A stretch of DNA of 39,204 bases from assembly GCA_964424745.1 (NCBI GenBank), contig CAYRJV010000001.1:33223-72426 (forward strand), given 5' to 3'. Both the position numbers and the translations under genes were made by a program. Source of the stretch: an uncultured Candidatus Saccharibacteria bacterium. GTDB lineage: Bacteria; Patescibacteriota; Minisyncoccia; Minisyncoccales; GWA2-46-15. Below the pieces are notes generated by a model. The model was not told the origin of the DNA, searched no databases, and saw nothing but the letters and a program-made list of their open reading frames with translations. Of this stretch, positions 18,257 to 25,332 are shown one piece after another. The first letter of the stretch is position 1; every line of letters begins with the position of its first letter.

Positions 18257-18985
18257 ATGATGCTTTCTCTCATTATTCCCGCTTATAACGAAGAAAAGCG
18301 ATTAGCAAAAACCTTAAAAGAGGTTAATGAATACTTGATGAAACAGGATTATGGTTACGAAATTATTGTGGTTTCCGATGGTTCAAAGGATAAAACCGTT
18401 GAGGTGGTCGAAGGCCTATTCTCCGAGATTAAGAACCTTCGTTTGATTGACTATAAACAGAATTACGGAAAAGGCTACGCTGTTCGCCGAGGAATGCTTG
18501 AGGCAAAGGGTGATTACCGCATTTTTACCGACGCTGATAATTCAACCTCAATTAGGCACCTGGAAAAACTGCTGCCGGAATTAAAAGCCGGTTTTGCCGT
18601 GGTCATCGGCACAAGAGATAAAAGAGACCATAAAGAGGCCAACCAAGCTTTCCCCCAGCCGTTTTATCGAAGGATATTAGGCGACATTTTTAATTATTTA
18701 GTTCAGATAGTTCTTGGTTTATGGGGGTTATGGGACACTCAGTGTGGGTTTAAGGGATTTACCAAGGATGCGGCCGAAAAAATCTTTCCGAAATGTCAGA
18801 TTAATCGCTGGGCATTTGATCCGGAAATTTTAGTGATTGCCAGAAAAATGGGTTATAAAATTCAAATAATCCCGGTTTACTGGATAAACGACCCCGCTAG
18901 TAAAGTCAAGTTTAAAGGTATGGTGAAAATGGTAGCCGAGGTGTTGAGAATAAAATGGAATATGATTACGGGTAAATACCAGTAA
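18257..18985 (+). CDS. Family-2 glycosyltransferase (polyprenyl/dolichyl-phosphate sugar transferase-like)
   Basis: SLIIPAYNEE..L, VVSDGSKD.T, DAD (DxD) motif, 242 aa soluble GT-A fold pattern. Confidence 0.8.
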   Translation: MMLSLIIPAYNEEKRLAKTLKEVNEYLMKQDYGYEIIVVSDGSKDKTVEVVEGLFSEIKNLRLIDYKQNYGKGYAVRRGMLEAKGDYRIFTDADNSTSIRHLEKLLPELKAGFAVVIGTRDKRDHKEANQAFPQPFYRRILGDIFNYLVQIVLGLWGLWDTQCGFKGFTKDAAEKIFPKCQINRWAFDPEILVIARKMGYKIQIIPVYWINDPASKVKFKGMVKMVAEVLRIKWNMITGKYQ

Positions 18986-18988
18986 AAT

Positions 18989-19016
18989 ATCAAAAATCAA
19001 ATATCAAAAATCAAAA
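18989..19016. repeat. Heptamer tandem array atcaaaa-atcaaat-atcaaaa-atcaaaa
   Basis: Exact 7-nt register; same unit as 27559-27586 and 28043-28077. Confidence 0.9.
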
Positions 19017-19023
19017 ATAAATT

Positions 19024-20052
19024 ATGGATAAAACAGCCAAATTTCCTTCAGAATTGCGTTTTGATTTAGTCAGCAAGGATTGGGTGGTGATTGCGACTGG
19101 CCGGGCCAGAAGACCGGAAACATTCAGAAGGGAAAAGCGGGTAACCGAAGAAGTTCGCCAACCGTCTTGTCCTTTTTGTAAAATGGAAGAACAGGGAACT
19201 CCGGTTCTGGTGTTTGCCGAAGGGAAGAAAATTTTATTATCCAATGGATTGCCCAAGAATTGGACCACCGTCGTTATTCCTAATAAATATCCGGCATTTA
19301 TTCCCTCTTATGAACTTAATACGAAGATCGAGGGCAATCTTTATCAAACGATGAATGCGGTTGGGTTTCATGAGGTGGTCGTTACCCGTGATCATAAAAA
19401 ATCTTTGGCACAGCTTAGTCCAGAGAGAATCAAAGAGGTTTTTGATGTTTATCAAGAAAGATACCTGAAGCTGATGAAAGAAAATTTCATTAATTATATT
19501 TCGATATTCCATAATCACGGCAAGGAAGCCGGCGCTTCTATGGCTCATCCTCATTCCCAGATTATCACTACTCCTTTAATTGACAGCGATCTGAAGAAAT
19601 CTCTTTCTAATGCCCAGAAATATTTTAGAACTAATAAAAAATGCATCTATTGTGCCATGGATGATTGGGAAATTGAAAGTAAAAAAAGAGTGATTTTTGA
19701 AAATGAAGAATTTATTGCTGTTTGTCCGTTTGCCTCAAAAACCGCATTTGAAGTTATTGTTTCGCCAAAGAAGCATCTTTTCCGTTTTGAGGAGATAACG
19801 GAAAAAGAAAAACGGCTATTAGCCGAGGCTTTTGGCATCGCCTTAAAGAAACTTTATTACGCTTTGAACGATCCGGCTTACAATTTTTACCTTCACACCG
19901 CTCCCTGTGACGGGAAAAACTATAATTTCTACCATTGGCACTGGACGATTTTGCCCAAAACAGCGACTTGGGCTGGCTTTGAGCTGGGCACGCAAATGGA
20001 AATTTCGACGATCGCCCCGGAACAAGCGGCTGAATTTCTCCGGCAAAAATGA
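19024..20052 (+). CDS. galT: Galactose-1-phosphate uridylyltransferase-like HIT-family nucleotidyltransferase
   Basis: CPFC near the N-terminus, HPHSQ active-site motif (His-x-His-x-Gln), two half-barrel repeat length (342 aa). Confidence 0.8.
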   Translation: MDKTAKFPSELRFDLVSKDWVVIATGRARRPETFRREKRVTEEVRQPSCPFCKMEEQGTPVLVFAEGKKILLSNGLPKNWTTVVIPNKYPAFIPSYELNTKIEGNLYQTMNAVGFHEVVVTRDHKKSLAQLSPERIKEVFDVYQERYLKLMKENFINYISIFHNHGKEAGASMAHPHSQIITTPLIDSDLKKSLSNAQKYFRTNKKCIYCAMDDWEIESKKRVIFENEEFIAVCPFASKTAFEVIVSPKKHLFRFEEITEKEKRLLAEAFGIALKKLYYALNDPAYNFYLHTAPCDGKNYNFYHWHWTILPKTATWAGFELGTQMEISTIAPEQAAEFLRQK

Positions 20053-20510
20053 CAGCTGAACTAAAAACATTTCTCATTGCCATGTCGCCATTAGTCGAGT
20101 TAAGGGGCGCCATTCCGATTGCTCTTGGGGCTTACCAGTTGCCAGTTTGGTCGGCGTATCTTTTTGCTGTTCTCGGAAACTTAGTTCCCTTAATTTTGAT
20201 TATTTTATTACTCGATCCTTTATCTCAGTTCTTATCGCAAAGGTCCCCTTTATTCAACCATATTTTTTCTTGGCTCTACCGTCATACGCGAGTAGCCAAT
20301 CAGTCAAAAATGGAAAAACTGGGAAAGAATCTGGCAATTATCATTCTGGTGGCGATTCCCATTCCATTTATCGGTGGTTGGACAGGTGCGATGGCGGCTT
20401 CGGTTTTCGGAACTCCCTTAAGAAGGGCATTGCCTCTGGTTGTTACCGGCTGTTTAATTGGTGGATTAATCGTTACCTTCTTTAGTCAAGGAATATTATT
20501 ATTGGTTTAA
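20049..20510 (+). CDS. Small polytopic membrane protein (COG2426 / putative small multidrug-export-like family)
   Basis: 4 hydrophobic segments, N-terminal ELRGAIPIALG motif I recall from that family; ATGA overlap with the galT-like gene. Confidence 0.6.
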   Translation: MTAELKTFLIAMSPLVELRGAIPIALGAYQLPVWSAYLFAVLGNLVPLILIILLLDPLSQFLSQRSPLFNHIFSWLYRHTRVANQSKMEKLGKNLAIIILVAIPIPFIGGWTGAMAASVFGTPLRRALPLVVTGCLIGGLIVTFFSQGILLLV

Positions 20511-20518
20511 GGCGAATT

Positions 20519-21280
20519 ATGATGAAATTATTGATTGTGGCTAATTGGAAAATGAATCCGTTAACTCTTAAAGAGGCAGAAGGGATTCTTCTTTCAGTTA
20601 AAAAAGAGACAAGGAAAAATAGGGAAGTAGAAGTGGTTATTTGTCCACCGTTTATTTATCTGCCACTTCTACTTAAGAAGTCAGCCCTAGCGGTTGGGGC
20701 GCAGGATTGTTTTTGGCTGGAAAGTGGTGCTTATACCGGCGAAATTTCCGCCCTAATGCTGAAAAAGCTGGGATGTCAATATGTAATTATTGGTCATTCG
20801 GAACGACGGACTAATTTCGGCGAAACCGATGAGGTTGTTAATAAAAAACTAAAAGCGGCGCTAGCGGCAGAATTAAATCCGATTGTCTGTCTTGGCGGGA
20901 CCGAAAACGAACGAAAGGAAGAAAGAATTGCGGTGGTGATAAAAAAACAGATTGAGGCCGCTTTCAAAGATATTCCCGTTAATCAACTTTCTTCTTCACG
21001 AATAAGTATTGCTTATGAGCCGGTTTGGGCCATCGGCACCAATAATCCTTGCGGTATTGAAGAAAGCCGAGTCGCTAGATTATTGATTGAAAAAACGCTC
21101 GAAGAAACATTAGAAACAAAAACCTTTAAGAATTTGCGCCTTCTTTACGGCGGCAGCGTCAACAAAGAAAACGCCAAGGATTACATTGGCAAAGCTGGTT
21201 TTGTTGGTCTTCTCGTTGGCGGCGCCTCGCTCAAACCCGAATTTGTTGAGATTATCAGAGACTGTAGTCATTTGTCTTAA
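20519..21280 (+). CDS. tpiA: Triosephosphate isomerase
   Basis: ANWKMN, IIGHSERR, AYEPVWAIGT, YGGSV. Confidence 0.94.
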   Translation: MMKLLIVANWKMNPLTLKEAEGILLSVKKETRKNREVEVVICPPFIYLPLLLKKSALAVGAQDCFWLESGAYTGEISALMLKKLGCQYVIIGHSERRTNFGETDEVVNKKLKAALAAELNPIVCLGGTENERKEERIAVVIKKQIEAAFKDIPVNQLSSSRISIAYEPVWAIGTNNPCGIEESRVARLLIEKTLEETLETKTFKNLRLLYGGSVNKENAKDYIGKAGFVGLLVGGASLKPEFVEIIRDCSHLS

Positions 21281-21301
21281 CTAAACAGCTAAGATGTGGA
21301 T

Positions 21302-21330
21302 TTGACAACCATTTTTATCTGTAATAAACT
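21302..21330 (+). promoter_or_regulatory. Candidate promoter (perfect TTGACA-17 nt-TAAACT) at the start of the tpiA-alaS gap
   Basis: ttgaca 21302-21307, 17-nt spacer, taaact 21325-21330; motif match only. Confidence 0.35.
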
Positions 21331-21417
21331 ATTGGTGTCATGAAAGAAGAGATCCGCCAGTTAAATATTTCCACTAAAACCGATACTCGGATGCTGACTA
21401 GCATTCTTGTTATGCGA

Positions 21418-21490
21418 TTGCCAGAAGGCTAGAATTAAATCTTCAATCGCCAATTAAAAATCTGAAATAATAATTCTAACCTTCTGGCGA
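21418..21490 (+). other. Long hairpin (17 bp plus one C/A mismatch, 33-nt loop) followed by T-runs; possible terminator or processing structure
   Basis: gccagaaggctagaatta 21420-21437 pairs with taattctaaccttctggc 21471-21488; tttttaaatttttt lies at 21498-21510. Confidence 0.6.
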
Positions 21491-21510
21491 CAGGAGGTTT
21501 TTAAATTTTT

Positions 21511-21559
21511 TGCTTGAAGATTGGCTATTCCATAATGCTTAATAGCCAATCTTCAGGCA
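21511..21559 (+). other. 19-bp hairpin (one G-U pair) with an 11-nt loop, arms built from attggctat/ccaat words
   Basis: tgcttgaagattggctatt 21511-21529 / loop ccataatgctt / aatagccaatcttcaggca 21541-21559. Confidence 0.7.
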
Positions 21560-21960
21560 AAAGAGTCTGGAAGGGCCAGACCGCAGCCTGATCTGCCCTT
21601 TAAGTCCAAAGGAGAGCGAGAGATGAGCTGGTTTGGCGGTAAGGGGAAGAAAGAGAAGAAAAGGAAGAAAGGAGCGAAGCAGAGTCTGCTGACCCGCCAC
21701 GGAACCCCGAAGCGGGCCCCGCGGGGTATCGGCCGCTGGTCCGGCCGAAAGCCTCATACCCGACAAATCGGTTTCGATAACTTTGTTTGGGTTCCGGGGT
21801 ATAAATGGCGTCTTGATCACCAGAGAATTGAAGCCCCAAAGTTACAAGGGCTTGAGGTCGAGGAGGAGTACTACTGATCTGACCATTTGGGCGAAAGAGG
21901 TGGAGCTTGTCACTTCAAGCATGACAAGCTCCGCCCCAAAATTTCGGCGGCGTCAAAAAA
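21560..21960 (+). ncRNA. Candidate structured RNA of unknown class (GC-rich island); the alternative is an atypical 84-aa basic ORF at 21623-21877. Strand not established
   Basis: About 54% G+C (hand count 225/420 over 21541-21960) against 30% in the next 60 nt. Only mutually overlapping low-complexity ORFs on both strands. Helices at 21700-21707/21789-21796, 21724-21729/21756-21761, 21731-21735/21742-21746, 21831-21836/21848-21853, 21902-21912/21922-21932. Confidence 0.3.
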
Positions 21961-21988
21961 AGGAATTTGGTTTGAAATACACATTTCA

Positions 21989-22017
21989 ACAGAGTCAAAC
22001 TCTGTTTTCTTGTTCTT
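21989..22017 (+). terminator. Weak intrinsic-terminator-like hairpin plus U-tract ending the gap unit
   Basis: acagagt-caa-actctgt (7 bp) followed by ttttcttgttctt. Confidence 0.35.
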
Positions 22018-22071
22018 AAATTATTTTTTTTATGATATGATAGTTAAGAATTATATGCTTAATTGCCATTT

Positions 22072-23859
22072 ATGACCGCCAATGAGTTGCGCGAGAAATT
22101 TTTACGATTTTTCGCCGATAAAAAACATACGATCGTTCCTTCCAGCTCGTTATTGCCGACTGATCCGTCGGTATTATTTACGACCGCGGGCATGCAGCAG
22201 TTTAAACTTTATTACCTTGGCCAAGATTCGCCTTATGGCAAGAATGTTACTTCCTGTCAGAAGTGTTTTCGCACCTCGGATATTGAAGAGGTGGGGGATA
22301 ACCGTCATCTGACTTTTCTGGAAATGTTGGGGAACTTCAGCTTTGGCGGCTACTTCAAAGAAGAAGCGATAAACTGGGCCTTGGAATTTCTTGTCTCCGC
22401 GTGTCAATTGCCGATCGAAAAACTAGCTTTTACTTATTTTGCCGGAGATAATGAAGTTCCGGCCGATATCGAATCAAAAGAAATCTGGCTGAAGCTGGGG
22501 ATTCCGGAAAAGAGAATTTTTGGCGCCGGTCGTCAGGATAATTTCTGGGGTCCCACCGGCGAAGAAGGACCCTGCGGTCCGACCACAGAGATCTATTATG
22601 ACCTAAAAGGTGAGCCTTGCGAGAAAGGAAAAGAATGTGGTCCGAGCTGCGGCTGTAATCGTTTTATTGAGCTGTGGAACCTCGTTTTTAATGAGTATTT
22701 TCAGGATAAGGAAAAAAAGCTGACTCCCCTAAAACAAAAAGGCGTGGATACGGGCATGGGATTGGAGAGATTAGCCTTTGTCAGCCAAGGCGGAGAAGAT
22801 ATTTTTGATTCTGATTTGTTCCAACCACTGATAGAAATCATTAGAGGTCAGGAAAAAGGGGTGAGCACAGGATCAACAGAACGGTGGGAACGAATTATTG
22901 CTGACCACAGTAAGGCGGCCGCCTTTTTGATTAGCGAAGGAATTTTCCCGACGAATGTCGAGCAAGGTTATGTCGTACGTCGAATCTTAAGAAGAACCAT
23001 CAAATACGGCGCCAATCTGGGGCTGGAAAAAGGATTTTTAATTCCTTTAGTGGAGAAGGTGATTGAGATGTACTGGGAAATCTATTTTAAATCCAGCCTA
23101 ATGAACAAAGAAGAAATCGTCGAGGTGATTCGCCGAGAAGAAGAAAAATTCAATCGGACACTGAAGGCCGGTCTAAAGAGATTTGAGAAACTGGCCAAAA
23201 CCGGAATAATCATCGGTACCGATGCTTTTCATCTTTATGATACCTATGGTTTTCCGCTTGAATTGACCCTTGAACTAGCCAAAGAAAGGGACATCACCGT
23301 TGAGGTAGAGGGCTTTGAAACTGCTTTTAAAAAACACCAAGAGATTTCTCGCGCCGGTGCCGAAAAGAAATTTGGCGGAGTAGGGAAAGATGCTTCCTAT
23401 GAAATGGTCAAGCTCCATACCGCTACCCATCTTCTTCATCAGGCTTTAAGAAATGTTCTGGGCGACCACGTTCAGCAAATGGGCTCAGATATTACTCCCC
23501 AGCGTTTGCGGTTTGATTTTTCCCATTCAGAGAAGTTGACCGCCCGGCAAATTGCCGCGGTTGAACAAATTGTCAATCAAAAGATTCAGGCAGATTTGCC
23601 GGTTAAAAAGGTAGAAATGAAATATTCAGAAGCAATCGAGATTGGGGCGCTCGCCTTTTTTAAAGAGAAATATCCGGCCGTTGTCACTGTCTATTTCATT
23701 GGGGATCCGGCCAGAGACTCGGGGCAGGTTTTTTCGAAAGAAGTCTGCGCTGGCCCCCACGTCAATAGAACGGCGGAACTGGGCAGTTTTAAAATCGAGA
23801 AAGAAGAATCTTCCGGAGCCGGGACAAGAAGAATCAGGGCCGTTCTCGCTAACGAGTAA
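22072..23859 (+). CDS. alaS: Alanyl-tRNA synthetase, short form (catalytic, tRNA-recognition and editing domains; no C-Ala domain)
   Basis: ELREKFL.FF..K.H, FTTAGM, WNLVF, editing-site HTATHLLHQAL and CAGPHV. Ends right after ...GTRRIRAV. 595 aa from ATG 22072 (the track ORF starts at TTG 22063). Confidence 0.92.
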   Translation: MTANELREKFLRFFADKKHTIVPSSSLLPTDPSVLFTTAGMQQFKLYYLGQDSPYGKNVTSCQKCFRTSDIEEVGDNRHLTFLEMLGNFSFGGYFKEEAINWALEFLVSACQLPIEKLAFTYFAGDNEVPADIESKEIWLKLGIPEKRIFGAGRQDNFWGPTGEEGPCGPTTEIYYDLKGEPCEKGKECGPSCGCNRFIELWNLVFNEYFQDKEKKLTPLKQKGVDTGMGLERLAFVSQGGEDIFDSDLFQPLIEIIRGQEKGVSTGSTERWERIIADHSKAAAFLISEGIFPTNVEQGYVVRRILRRTIKYGANLGLEKGFLIPLVEKVIEMYWEIYFKSSLMNKEEIVEVIRREEEKFNRTLKAGLKRFEKLAKTGIIIGTDAFHLYDTYGFPLELTLELAKERDITVEVEGFETAFKKHQEISRAGAEKKFGGVGKDASYEMVKLHTATHLLHQALRNVLGDHVQQMGSDITPQRLRFDFSHSEKLTARQIAAVEQIVNQKIQADLPVKKVEMKYSEAIEIGALAFFKEKYPAVVTVYFIGDPARDSGQVFSKEVCAGPHVNRTAELGSFKIEKEESSGAGTRRIRAVLANE

Positions 23860-23931
23860 ACCATAACCTTAAGTTCATTTATTTATCAACTTGTTTTTGT
23901 GTTTTAATTCTCTTAAAATGAATCTGAAGGG

Positions 23932-25332
23932 ATGAAAAAATTTCCTTTGTTTTCACCTAAAAAGACAGAATATTTTTTGTCTTTAGACATCGGCCGAGAA
24001 ACAGTCAAAGCCATTGTTTTTTGTGTCACCAAAGAAAAAGAAAGCAAAAGAATAACTATTTTAGGGAACGCGACTCAATATTTGGATGCTTTAGATAAGG
24101 TTTTGACTAGTTTATCTTTTTCAATTGCCAAATCGGTACCGATTTATGGAGCTGATAATGGAAGTCTGCTACAAGAGGCCAGAAAGACCGCCATTTTAAA
24201 GACAATCGAAGAAGCGGTCAACAATGCCGAGTCTAATTCTAAAAAAAACAAACTGCCAAATTCTTTAGGAAACAACTTGGCTAAAAGAATCAAAAAAGAA
24301 ATTCAGTCGGCCATTATCGGTTTGTCCGCTGATATTTTAAAAGGAAAGATCCATTATTGTTGCCTTAGTCGGAATCATCCGAATACCCTTATTAGTGAAG
24401 AAGAAGCAGAGGAAATCCGCCTCAACGTTTTAAGAGAGACGAAAGAAAGAGTCTCGCAGCTTCTTTCAAGAGAACTTGGTTTTCCTTTGGCAGAACTCCA
24501 CTTGGTGAGTTATCGAATTATTGAGATAAAGATTGATGGCTATGAGGTACCGGATCTCTGTGACTACAAAGGAAAAATACTGGAGTTTAAGGCCCTGACT
24601 GCTGTTTTAGCCGAGGGTTATTTTGCTGATACCATCAAGATTATCCAGGATTATAAAAAGTTTAGCGGCAATATCAGTAAAAAACCTTCATCTTTTAAAA
24701 CGATAAAGATTGTTCATCTGGCAGAAAGTTTGTCTGATTACTTAAGAAATAAAAAAGCTAATGGGCTCTTTCTTGATATTGGAGGAAACTGGACGCATAT
24801 CTTCCTGGTAAATGATGGTAAAATAACATATATTAATGAATTTGAGTTTGGGGGTGCAGTTTTTTCCCAATCAATTTCAGAGCGGTTTGGGCTGGAGATT
24901 TCCCAGGCAAGAATTCTTAAAGAGGATTATTCTAAAAAATTGTTGAGCGAAGGTGTCAGAGCAAAACTGCGGGAAATTATTTGGCAAGATGCCGAAGTTT
25001 GGTTTAGAAATTTAAAACAAAACCTGAGAGAAATTCCTTGTCCCATTGAAGAGAATAATGAGGAAGACAATGGGCGGCGGAGAACAAGCTGGTTACTGCC
25101 AAGAGAAATTTTTCTTTTTGGCGGAGGAAGCGAATTGCCGGAAATGGCGGAGATTCTTGAAGAAGGAGATTGGGAGGGAATGTTAATCTCACCGCCTCAG
25201 GTAAAACTTTTTTACCCGGCTGATATTGCTGACCAATTCAAGAAGAATCAAGTAGAGTTTGAAGATCTTACCAAGAATATAAATAGCCCACGAAATACAG
25301 ATTCTATATCGTTTTGCTATTATGAACAATAA
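23932..25332 (+). CDS. Actin-fold ATPase of the FtsA/PilM type (divergent)
   Basis: Phosphate-1-like LSLDIGRETVKA, phosphate-2-like FLDIGGNWTHI, adenosine-like LFGGGSELP; 466 aa; no adjacent ftsZ. Confidence 0.6.
   Translation: MKKFPLFSPKKTEYFLSLDIGRETVKAIVFCVTKEKESKRITILGNATQYLDALDKVLTSLSFSIAKSVPIYGADNGSLLQEARKTAILKTIEEAVNNAESNSKKNKLPNSLGNNLAKRIKKEIQSAIIGLSADILKGKIHYCCLSRNHPNTLISEEEAEEIRLNVLRETKERVSQLLSRELGFPLAELHLVSYRIIEIKIDGYEVPDLCDYKGKILEFKALTAVLAEGYFADTIKIIQDYKKFSGNISKKPSSFKTIKIVHLAESLSDYLRNKKANGLFLDIGGNWTHIFLVNDGKITYINEFEFGGAVFSQSISERFGLEISQARILKEDYSKKLLSEGVRAKLREIIWQDAEVWFRNLKQNLREIPCPIEENNEEDNGRRRTSWLLPREIFLFGGGSELPEMAEILEEGDWEGMLISPPQVKLFYPADIADQFKKNQVEFEDLTKNINSPRNTDSISFCYYEQ

Noticed and set aside
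21340-21432. 30-aa ORF (MKEEIRQLNISTKTDTRMLTSILVMRLPEG) as a leader peptide/attenuator for alaS
   Set aside because: The peptide contains no Ala residues. Its stop lies in the 5' arm of hairpin 1, but there is no alternative antiterminator pairing that I could see, and alaS is 640 nt further downstream behind a separate terminator-like hairpin.
21560-21960. RNase P RNA, tmRNA, alaS T-box leader or SRP RNA as the identity of the GC-rich island
   Set aside because: None of the four family signatures is present.
- **RNase P:** there is no GGAAAGUCC/ACAGAA..GGCUUA P4 pair. Only uaagucc is present, with a 5-bp possible partner.
- **tmRNA:** there is no GGGG...UUCGAC 5' end and no GGUUCGAnUCC-CCACCA 3' end on either strand.
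- **T-box:** there is no GGUGGUACCGCG box, and the nearest string gagguggagc would pair with a UCCA acceptor end, not with the ACCA end (discriminator A73) I expect for tRNA-Ala.
- **SRP:** there is no GGAA-tetraloop/AGCA domain IV.

This was a hand search only, so divergent members are not fully excluded.
21491-21965. CsrB/RsmZ-like GGA-motif sponge RNA
   Set aside because: I counted 11 GGA triplets in about 475 nt. That is roughly what the local purine-rich composition predicts by chance, and most are not in hairpin loops.
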